From the NCBI GenBank assembly GCA_964247055.1, contig OZ176054.1, positions 8,618,001-8,682,000 of the forward strand: a stretch of 64,000 nt of DNA, read 5' to 3'. Under the pieces are notes generated by a model. It ran no database searches. It was not told the origin of the DNA and was given only the letters and a program-made list of their open reading frames with translations. A program made the translations under genes and the position numbers. Shown here in pieces: positions 11,401-21,297 of the stretch. Origin of the DNA: Paragordius varius. Its lineage: Eukaryota > Animalia > Nematomorpha. The first letter of the stretch is position 1. Each line of letters opens with the position of its first letter.

Positions 11401-14400
11401 TAGCATTAAAGATTTTTTTAATATTAGAGTTTATCGATAATTTTTAGCCCCGATTTAACATTAAACTCGAATTTTTAAATTAAAAGTTTTAGATATGAAG
11501 CCATGTATTTTATATCATTCGAAAGAGCGCAAAACACTGCATCTTAATGGTGGTAAGTCATTTATATCAATCGGATATAAAAGTTATTTGGATTTAAATG
11601 GTCGAAATATTCAATCCTTAAAGAAGTCAAGAATTTTCACAGACAAACTATTTTGAAAATCATATAAATTATTTTAATATAATTATTAGGGTTATATTAG
11701 TATTTAATTTAAAAAAATGTTTGGAAAAGCTTTTGGTTTGCTTTTTTAATAAAAATTATTATTATCATAAATATTTTACCTAGTGGATCCTAAAATGCAT
11801 AGTTATAACTGTAAATGGCTATAAAAGATCAATAATACCTTAAACGTTGGTTTAATCTTTAAAATCTCGAAATAATCAGCCTAAATTATTATTGATGATA
11901 TGGTAATTTTTAAAAAACAAAAAACCGAAAAATGGCTGTTTTGAGTGACATAAAAGAATAAAAAAATTATTTCACAAACAAAAACTTTCTTGGGTTATCT
12001 TTTTGGACATTCATCACCATCTAAACAAAGTTTGAGCTATTTTCATCCATTAGTTTTAAAGATATATTAATTAAAAAAAATGCTCTCGCTTCGCGCGTTT
12101 GTAGCTATCTGTGTCCAATAATAAGTGTCGATGTAATACATTTTAGTATACATTTTAAGTTTTTATTACTTTTTTATATTACAATAGGGCATTACTTGTA
12201 TATTTTCAAATAAAAACATTTTCTAGTAAAATTCTGATAAAGAGGGCGCATAATCAAAACTATCAAATTATACAAAATTCTTAGAAGGAGTATAATTTTT
12301 ATTTTAGACTTACTGTTAAAATGATACTAAATATCAAAAAATGCAAAAAACTCGAGTGGCAGAAATGTTGTCCAGGGTTATAGATAAGTGCTCCTCTTAC
12401 CCTATTATATTTCGGATTTATGTCCGTATAAAAAAAATTTGTCCGTATAATCGAAAATTTGTCCGTATAAAAAAATATTTGTCCGTTGAAAAAAAATTTG
12501 TCCGTATAAAAAAAAATTTGTCCGCCAATTAAAAATTATAATCTTTTGATTTTAACACTCTGTCTCTTATAAAAAAATTATGTCCGTTAGTTAAAAAATT
12601 CGTACGGATAATTACATATTTTACTGTAAATTATAAAATGCGCCCAAAATTGTTGATAATATTGATGGCCTATATTTTGATAGAGTGGAGAGCTATTAAT
12701 TGGGTAAAATTATTTTTAAATCATTTTGATGCAAATATTTTTTTTGTATATAATTTTATTTATAAGCTAAAACAAAAAACTATTTTATTTGTAAGATTTT
12801 GTGACCTTACTTTTACAAAACATTGGATCATACATTGATCCTATACTATTGGTACAACAGATTCCAGATGGTTTGAAAATTAATGGATTACGTAATTCAT
12901 TGATAAAGATAATCAAAGATTATCATTTGCAGGTATGAAATTATTAATATTTTTGAGTTACCATAGGCAGTGTCGCAATTTTTTTAAAAAATATTATGTA
13001 AAACATATGCGGTTAAACTTTGGACCGACATAAAGAGAATATTTGGTTTAATTTTATTATACAATTACAATTAGCGACATCATAAAAAAAGATTAGCAAT
13101 ATTTCGAATACTTTTAATTTGGTTTAACAGCTCGATTAATAAAATATGCTAAAATAAAGTAAAAATAACTTGGTATATGGATTTTATCATATTTTTATTT
13201 ATCCTAATACTATTTTTATTTATTTAAGATGGAATTAAATGAATGTGCAAAAATGATTGTACAAACTGATAGCGACCATTTAGGAAAAAATTGGTACAAA
13301 GCCTTAAAGCAGCCATATAAAATTACCAATTACCCATTTATAGAAGATAACATGATGAATGATCAAAAAAATCGGTTCGACTTTATAATTTTTTACATAA
13401 TGTTCATAGCAATTATATATATTATTTATATATAAAACAATTAGTTCTGTTCAAAATCTCATTTGTGGACTTTGCAATGGAAGCATACACAAACTGCCAA
13501 AGATTTCAATATCAACGGATTTTGTCATAAATCCAAACACGATTAACCCATTTGAGGATAGTCGTGAGGAGATGAACGAAAATAAAAAAAATTTGATCTA
13601 TAAATGTCGCCATATGTATCATTCCGTTTGCTTGAATATGCATAAAGATTCGCTTTTGCAGTCTGAAATAATCAAATCAAAATTGGCAATGAAGGAAAAT
13701 TTAGGACCTAGATCACATAATAAAACTGTTATGGTAAATTTTAGTATTAACTTTAACTAATATATACTTATATTGAATCGCATAAGAGAATCTCAACCGC
13801 TTATCATAAAGAAAATGATTTTTTTTGTTTGTGCATAATATATTTAAATTTTTCCAAATATTTGAAATCATAAATATTTAACCTATAATTATGTAAAAAT
13901 GATGTTTTTATCAAATATACAAAAGTTGTAAGTGTATCCTTCCGGTATAATACAAAGTAACATAAAACACGCTGAAAAATTTAATAATCGATAAAAATGC
14001 ACTTTTTATACTTAATTCAAATAAGGTATCGCCAAGCGTGATCTTTTTGATGTTTATATAAAATCAAATGCATTAATATGCATCCGATGTTTTAGTAGTG
14101 AGATTTATGTTATTTACGATTTGATTTATATTGCTATTATGCATTTTTTTGATTTTTAATATTTTTTCTCACCAGGTTGGGATAATTACAATTTTTATCG
14201 AATAACAGATCACAAACAAAATTTTATATATTCTAGTAGAATGAGGTGCATTTGGTTTATGCACCTAAGAAAGATATTTTCACTTTTATGAAGTAATTGA
14301 TCCATATTAAAATTAGCGCATCCTATCAGAATTTTTTGGTAAAAACTAAAGCTTCACAAAATATTTTATTAATAGAAAACAGTTTTTAATTGGACATAGT

Positions 14401-17400
14401 CTCCAAATGTCTCCTCGGTTGTTGTTAAAATAAACGCAAAAATGCCACAGACCTGGTGTGCATTCGAGAAATATATTGGGCATTTGTGAAAATTTTGGAT
14501 TTTAAACCTAAGTGTATATGATCACAATAAAGGTACTTCTTATTTTACCAATTTTTGCCAGTTTGTTGCCAAACAATCGTATTTAAATAACTAGTTTGAG
14601 AAATACCAATTTTATTAAGTGTCAATAGCATATTTTTGGTAATTATAAAATTCCATATTTATTTGGAATTTCGAATCCGTGGTTATCATAAAATATTTGA
14701 GAGGATCGCATTTCGGACACCTTTGTTCTAGACTATGACATCAAAAAAACTTATTAAGAAATGCATAGTTTGTGAAATTTAAAATTTACTTAAATTTTTT
14801 GTTTTAAAACATGGTGGAAACGGTATAAAAATACTTTTTCTCTATAATAATATAATGCTTCCAAAGATCTATATTAGATGAAAGGGTTCATTAGCTATCA
14901 CCTATAATTAAATTTTTTGAAAAAGCAATATATAATAAATTAAATAAGACGCACAGTTTTTCAATAAAAATTCTGAGGTGTCAGAATCTTCATTAGCATC
15001 GATTTATATAGAAAAGGCGTTTGCTTTCATAATATCATAAAGGGATGTGCCGTTTTTACCATACTTTAATATATCATATACGCTTCAACAAACATTTATC
15101 CAAAATATTTAAGCAACGTATGCATTTTCAGCCATAGATATTTTTGATGTCATTATATAGCATAAATAAAAATTGCTATCTCACATTTTTGCATTTTTAA
15201 GAGCACTAGCCCATTTTTAGGGATCCGAAAACTGGAGATTTAGCTCACGTTTATATTTAATCTATATATTTATAAAAATGGAAAATGCTGGCTTTGTGAT
15301 CTGGTACAGGAAAACCGGTAGACCCATTCAAATCCAAACTTCGAAAAAATATAATCATTAATAAATGCTCCGACAATAGCTTCGCCCTTTTTTTGAAATA
15401 GGCCCCCAGTTTGGGCCAACCCTGTGTGAAAAACAGGTTTTTTTGAAACAGAAGTCCACAAAAATCGTGTCTTTGAGACAATTTTCTGGAGAACGTTTTG
15501 GACCATTCAATTTCAAATATGATTTTTGTTTACTTATTTTCGATTGCGCCGAACATAGTCGAGTCACTTTTTTGATTTAGGCCCTCTTTTTACCCGCTCC
15601 CCCCCCCCCCAAAAAAAATGCCATTTTTTTCAAAAAACAAAGTCCACAAAAATAATTTTTAAATCGATTTTTCGCTCTAGGCATGAGACCGTAAAAATTC
15701 TATATGGATTCCACGTATTTCCTGTTGAAAGGCAAAAATTTTAGTCAGGCGTTTCTTTGATGATAGCTGCTGGGTAAGGAGCTACCCGCTAACTGATTCC
15801 TCATGTAACTTTGTGATCTGTTTCCGGAAAACCGGTGGACCCAATCAAATCCAAACATCAAAAAAATTTAATCATTAATGAATGCCCCGACAATAGCTTC
15901 ACCCTTTTTTGGAATTAGGTCCCCAGTTCGGGCCTACCCCGTGTGAAAAATGGGTTAAGTCAATTTTTTGGAGAACGTGTTGGACCATTCAATTTCAAAT
16001 ATGATTTTTGTTTACTTATTTTCGATTGCGCCGAACATAGTCGAGTCACATTTTTATTTAAACCCTCTTTTTACCCGCTCCCCCCGTAAAATGGCATTTT
16101 TTTCAAAGAACAAAGTCCACAAAAATAATTTTTAAATCGATTTTTCGCCCTAGGTATGAGACCGTAAAAATTCTATATGGATTCCACGTATTCCCTGTTG
16201 AAAGGCAAAAAATTTAGTCAGGCGTTTCTTTGATGATAGCTGCTGGGTAAGGAACTACCCGCTAAAAACTGATTCCTCATGTAACTTTGTGATCTGTTTC
16301 CGAAAAACCGGTAGACCCATTCAAATCCAAACTTCGAAAAAAATAATCATTAATAAATGCCCCGACAATAGCTTCGCCCTTTTTTTGAAATAGGCCCCCA
16401 GTTCGGGCCAACCCCGTGTGAAAAACAGGTTTTTTTTGAAACAGAACTCCACAAAAATCGTGTTTGAGACAATTTTCCGGAGAACGTGTTGGACCATTCA
16501 ATTTCAAATATGATTTTTGTTTACTTATTTTCGATTGCGCCGAACATAGTCCGTCACTTTTTTGATTTAGGCGCTCTTTTTACCCGCTCCCCCCGTAAAA
16601 TGCCATTTTTTTCAAAAAACAAAGTCCACAAAAATAATTTTTAAATCGATTTTTCGCCCTAGGTATGAAACCGTAAAAATTCAATATGGATTCCACGTAT
16701 TTCCTGTTAAAGGGCAAAAATTTTAGTCAGGCGTTTCTTTGATGATAGCTGCTGGGTAAGGAGCTACCCGCTAAAAACTGATTTCTCATGTAACTTTGTG
16801 ATCTGCTACCGGAAAACCGGTAGACCCATTCAAATCCAAACTTCGAACCCCCCCCCCCCCCCCCCAGAAGTCCGAAGGACTTCCTCGGGCTGCTTAGCAG
16901 CACGAGATTTACGCTAGTTTAATATAAATATTGTTTGCTTTTTTTAATATGATACATTTAATATTATATTTTGGATTCAAGAATCAGGTTGTAAAGCATA
17001 AAATTTGCCAAATTTTGATATGGAGCAATAATCTCAAAAGTCTAAATAGTTGTCCAAGATGACTTGAAGCCACGAGTTCTTAAGAGGATCCTGACACAAT
17101 AGTATCTCAGAATATTTTTATTTCATAATATTATTTATTTACCCACCCATTTTGTCCACCTTATAGGAATAGTGTTTTGTCTAAGGGCTTCGAAATACTA
17201 TACCCGCTAAATTTTTTTTCTGATATAAATTTAATGATATCTTAATCCCCTAAATAAAATATTCTTCCCTCGCTTCATTGCATTCCTTATAAACAAACTC
17301 CCTTATCAATCGGTTTTGAAAGCGAGTTAACATACAAATTATGAATATTATTTGATTTTTCAAATATATTTTTGATATATTATATAAAATATTTTGGATT

Positions 17401-18918
17401 CACGCTTTTAGCTCCATCCAAAAAATTAATATAACATAATTTACGAATTCTTTGATATGGAGCAATTATAAAGCTGGATGTTTTAGGTTTCGCAAGACCT
17501 AAATTTTTTTATGCATTTTTATATCAGGAATATATGGGCATTATTAGCTTTGTTTGAGCCGGTGTAACTTTAAAAATTCAACAGAAAGATTACCGTTCTG
17601 TTTATCATGTAAGCTTATAATCGCTCTAAATTTAGTCCATTTTAAATTTTTTGCTCATATTTTATTAATTTCCAACCTTATTAAATAGTTCGAAATCGGG
17701 AGGTTCTAATGAAATATAGATATTCTGATAAGTCAATGTATCAGGATTCTCAAGATGCTCTTGGCACTTATCAATGTTATAAAGAAGTTATTCGCACTTT
17801 TGTAGTAACTGCTTGATAACAAATCGCAAAACGCTAATTATATTTGTTAAAATGGGTAGCTAAATGTTTCATTACGACAAATTTCATAATATTATATTTA
17901 AAAGGTTAAACAAAATTTTTAAATTTGAATTTTTAGATGTGTGTTCCGAAAGTCCCAAATTTTTTAATTACCCCAAAATGGGAAAGTTTTCTAAAATTAA
18001 ACGCGTAAATGCCGATATTTTAAGATATTTTTTTTCCAGATTATATGGCAGCAAATAAACATATGTTGGAAAAGGGCATACTTTGTCAAAATATTAATTT
18101 TTAGCAAATTTTTTTAAAGCGTAATACATGCGATTATAAAGCATGAAACAATATAAACGCTTTCTATATAATTTAAAGTTGCTGAACATTTCTCTCACAT
18201 TTAAATTTTGGTTGAAAAATTGGTACGTCTTCCAATTTATGTTAAATATATATCCCGTTTTTGTAAAACCCCAAATTAAAAAGCAATAAACCTTTAAAAT
18301 TCTGAGTAAATATTTAGCCGAATTCGATTGAAAAAATGTTATAGCGCTCTATACCATTTCCACCATGCTATAACATAAAATTCGCTTCTTCTGAAATTTT
18401 GCTACGAATTAAAGTATCTATTTTTTGAAAAAAATTTTTTTTATGTCAAATACATTTAAAAATTTTATCGTGCAATCTTAGTATGGATTTATTTTAAGTA
18501 AATTTACCCATTTTTAGCCAAAATTTGCGTTTCACCATTTTCTTATATGGAGCATTTATTACAAAATTGGTAATATTTTCTTATGCCCACCAGGAGAATC
18601 CTGATGCATTTACCTTCCGACTCTATATATTCAATATTTTTGAACAATATTCATTGTGTTTTACAATTATTTTTCCAAAATTTTATTATGTACACGCATG
18701 TAGTCAGCTAGCTTTAAAGGAGTATATTATAATAAGCTATATGTACACAACATACATAAAATTTATATGTTAATTATCTTTTTCGGCACTTTAGACTGCA
18801 ATGTTGATTATTTTTCCTATTTTTTTAGGACTTAATCTGCCCTCTTTGTTGGATTATGACAAAGTTTTTGAAAGAATCAGATACCATTCCATTAAATATG
18901 TTGAATACCCCTTCTTAA
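1..18918 (+). CDS. VPS41: Vacuolar protein sorting 41 (HOPS subunit), multi-exon, 5' partial
   Basis: In-phase GT-AG exons: <1-268, 403-538 (KRPQLHLISP..DALSIKDW..YRL), 1978-2157 (EYLKEEPSTFYVISPKDVIVG..DHIRW), 2989-3168, 3837-4030 (3' boundary uncertain), [exons in 4031-5765 unresolved], 5766-5988, 6389-6508, 6534-6666 (IELYIKYD..LQKALDLC), 6830-6970 (GNTKKAL..ELWQELIQLSIDNP), 12796-12932 (LLQNIGSYIDPILLVQQI..LRNSLIKIIKDYHLQ), 13229-13374, 13445-13733 (CGLC..CRHMYHSVC), 18829-18918 (CPLC, stop). Motif order matches the Vps41 propeller end, clathrin repeat and RING-H2 as I recall them. Confidence 0.92.
670..1020. mobile_element. Degenerate MITE, TACCATTTAC-type family with ~21-bp AAATTCACCCT subterminal repeats
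   Basis: Repeated aaattcaccct-like units at the left and agggtgaattt units at the right; same layout as the copies at 56579-56885 and 57798-58123. Ends are eroded and coordinates approximate. Confidence 0.6.
3304..3594. mobile_element. Small MITE-like element
   Basis: Inverted repeat actaaccggtc (3304-3314) / gaccggttagt (3584-3594). No clear target-site duplication. Confidence 0.4.
4669..5050 (-). mobile_element. 5'-truncated RTE-clade non-LTR retrotransposon, 3' end
   Basis: Minus strand translates to ..IQRSRFKYLCHIERR..(stop)..KGRPTHSWSDNIKNDIKILN..DKDLWNK, stop at 4706-4708, followed by a (TAAG)n tail at 4669-4683. This is the typical RTE C-terminal GH..R / GRP..W.D / DR..W pattern. Confidence 0.8.
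7238..7345. repeat. Subterminal ~20-bp tandem repeat (CGGACAAATTTTTTTTTATA-like), left arm
   Basis: cggac starts at 7238, 7258, 7277, 7297, 7317 and 7337. Confidence 0.9.
9068..9504 (-). CDS. IS630/Tc1/mariner-type DDE catalytic-domain ORF, left copy
   Basis: Mirror of 10269-10705 (paired coordinates sum to 19773). YIILDNAPIH and FLPPYSPQLNPIE motifs. Predicted exons 9504-9489 and 9465-9068. Confidence 0.75.
10269..10705 (+). CDS. IS630/Tc1/mariner-type DDE catalytic-domain ORF, right copy (137 aa if the 23-nt intron is spliced)
   Basis: ATG 10269; candidate intron 10285-10307 (gtaatatattatttcacctttag); open frame to 10705. LDNAPIH..LPPYSPQLNPIE are signature motifs of this superfamily. No N-terminal HTH region. 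Confidence 0.75.
12419..12524. repeat. Subterminal ~20-bp tandem repeat, right arm
   Basis: Six gtccg units, the reverse complement of 7238-7345, with some unit differences. Confidence 0.9.
15261..16917 (+). mobile_element. Non-autonomous Helitron in the last VPS41 intron
   Basis: 5' A|TCTATATATTTATAAAAATGG at 15260/15261; 3' hairpin tcgggctgc-tta-gcagcacga, then CTAG (16914-16917)|T. A-T insertion site, no TSD, no Rep/helicase ORF. Confidence 0.85.
15292..16847. repeat. Tandem array of ~500-bp units inside the Helitron (3 full + 1 partial)
   Basis: Units begin with ctttgtgatct at 15292, 15809, 16285 and 16794 (517, 476 and 509 bp). Unit 2 carries a ~40-bp deletion. Confidence 0.95.
17700..18250. 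repeat. Old dispersed repeat family (ttagatgt..ccgaaagt..caaatttt core)
   Basis: Similar core near 17935, 29187 and 37384, with inverted copies near 30080-30350 and 37730-38010. Highly diverged; boundaries approximate. Confidence 0.5.
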
Positions 18919-19014
18919 TTATAATAAATTATTAATATCTCATAATAAATTATTAAATATTTCATATGTTTACATTATAAAGTTTGGCTGTAAAGATATG
19001 AGCTTGATCCAGAA

Positions 19015-19445
19015 ATGTTTGGGTCTTTTTATTTTCCTATTACATTAAACTATGCAACATGCTCACAAATAATTTTACACCCTGATAACAAAGTCAATGC
19101 AAATATCTCTACAAATGGAATTATACATAAACCTAAATATAGGGCTAAACAATGCAAATACAAAAAATCATCTTTACACGAAATTATTGATTTAATTAAT
19201 AAACAACCTAAAGAAGCGCCCCCTTATACAGCTTCTATTAAATATGAATGGAAGCGTTTGAAAAGCAAGTCTGGGAAAATTTTTTACAAGAAGTAAATTA
19301 TAAATTATGTTTTAGTCATTTGGGTAAAAGGTTTTTTTCGATGGAAGAAATTGAAACATATATAACTAGTCCTAACACCTGTAAATGTGGTCTTCCCAGT
19401 CCTTTAATAATAGAAAAATATTTTGATTTTAAACCCGGTTTTTAA
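19015..19445 (+). CDS. Compact MBD5/MBD6 (sba)-like methyl-CpG-binding-domain protein, ~135 aa from ATG 19015
   Basis: Exons 19015-19292 and 19316-19445 joined by a 23-nt GT-AG intron give EWKRLKSKSGKIFYKNHLGKRFFSMEEIETYITSPNTCKCGLPSPLIIEKYFDFKP. This matches the MBD5/6 pattern W.R....G..Y....G......E....Y......CKCGL..PL......F.F.P. True start is uncertain. Confidence 0.8.
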
Positions 19446-19755
19446 CAATTATGCACAAATATAGTTTATTTTAAAATTATTTACAAATTAATATAATAAA
19501 TTATTTTATCAATATATATATATATATATAATGTTAGCAATTATTTTTGCCTTATTTATCCTGTTTTAAATTTGCACTAACAAACAACAATACTGATGAA
19601 AATTAAAACACCTCAATTGCATGCGGTATGCGCGAATCAAACTAAGCTATGGAATGTATTTAAAGTCCGTCTGTTTTTAATATATAATGCTAATATTTTA
19701 TTAGTTATCAGCGCGACTGTGTTTTTGACCATCTATAGAACTAAGTATGCCGAAT

Positions 19756-20040
19756 CAGTGGTTCCCAACCTTATTTTATTCACGCCCCACCAAATTGAAA
19801 AAAAATCTTGCGCCTCCCCACCCTCTCTTTCAAAAAAAAACAAAGATACAAAGGCAAAAATTATTATAATATTAAATCTATATAATCCTTGTATCTGCGA
19901 TTGTTATATTTTTTCCATATCAGGGACGAATCTTAATAATTTGCATCAGAGATCCTCATTAACCTTCAATTTGTTTTTTTTAAATTTTATTTTCCAAATT
20001 TTTCGCGCGCCCCTATTAGATTTTTCTACGCCCTCTTTTG
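19756..20040 (+). mobile_element. Truncated hAT-like element end
   Basis: Begins CAGTGGTTCCCAACCTT, a typical hAT/Charlie terminal repeat. The matching right terminal repeat was not found. Confidence 0.4.
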
Positions 20041-21260
20041 GAAAAGACGTTCCTAGACACATCGTTTCATTAAATAAATATACTCTGATATTTCTCCCAA
20101 TAAGATGTTAAATCTACGGCTTCCATTGTCAAAAGCGATATATCAACTCATTTATAAATCTGACTTGGATGGGATAAATTAAGTAGATAATGATTACTCA
20201 GTTAATTTGTCGCGAATGACTCCTAAGCAGACAATCAAACATGGCCATTTATATTTGGTTCAATTTTTTTATTGCGGTTGAAGACTTTAGCGTTTGTGGC
20301 AAAGAGTATTATACGTTTAAAAAACTCACTTGATCAAAGCCATTGTCTTGTCATTACCTCTAGTGCATAAATAAGACAGGTGATATGGTGTTTGTCTGTA
20401 GCAGGGGTGTCTAACACAAATATCTTCGAAGCTACTTTGTTATTTTTTGGTTTTTTATAGTTTTTTGGCCCAATTTTGGAATATCTAAATAATGATAAGT
20501 TTTTGACTGATATCCAATTTTTTAACATTTTTTACAGCACTTTTGCGTACACAAAGCGTGTTGGGTATCCCTGGCTCTATATCATTCTTAATTATGATTT
20601 GAACGAAATGTATCAATTTTTATATAATTTTTTGGATCAAACAACTTAATTACTTTAATAAAACTCAAAATTTTTCCAGTGCTTATGACACCCCCCAAAA
20701 TGTAAAAAAATTTGATGATAAGAAGTTTATATTTCACAATTTTGCCATTGGATATTGTTGATTTTCTTCGCTTAACGTTGGGCAACGACATAATGAATTG
20801 TATTATTGATGAATTTGTTTTATCAACCTTATTTTAAAACATTAAAATTAATTCACTACCCAATTTCTCTGAATTCTATCAGGTGCTCTTTTCACTGTTT
20901 GCTATTAAAACCGATTTATTTGCAATATATTGTATGGTAGACTCGGATTTAAATCATCATCTCTTCCATATTCAGAATACATATAGATTGGCTTAATAGC
21001 TGGCCTGATGTAATCCAAATTGTGTTATTGGATTTTTTAACAAAATTTCAATGGTTTCATTTGCATATACCCTAAATTTAATCTTTAAATTGTTTTTGCG
21101 ACCCATTCAGTAAATTTTCTAAATGAGAAAGCCTAAGGAGTATCCTACTTTAATCCAAATCTGATTATCCGAATTCCAAATATTCTATAGCTATAACTTT
21201 TTAAGCTTTTGATTAGCTTCCTTTTATTTATTTAAGCCTTTCTGACTTTTTAGTTTTGCA

Positions 21261-21297
<37 letters not shown>

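Larger units (their letters stand above)
7136..12626. mobile_element. 5.5-kb palindromic (foldback) DNA element with Tc1/mariner-type ends, inside VPS41 intron 6971-12795
   Basis: TA|CAGTAAAATATGTAATTATC ... GATAATTACATATTTTACTG|TA (TA at 7134-7135 and 12627-12628). Arms 7136-9753 and 10020-12626 are reverse complements; unique spacer 9754-10019. Confidence 0.9.

Noticed and set aside
15257-16507. Short minus-strand ORFs in the tandem array
   Set aside because: Not conserved in frame between units; no domain recognised.
7238-16847. CRISPR-like reading of the short repeat arrays
   Set aside because: Eukaryotic context, no unique spacers and no cas genes.
20050-21250. Possible non-LTR reverse-transcriptase relic, minus strand
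   Set aside because: Only faint motif echoes (DPKNY, KVL*KMLKNW) among many stops; needs a translated HMM search.
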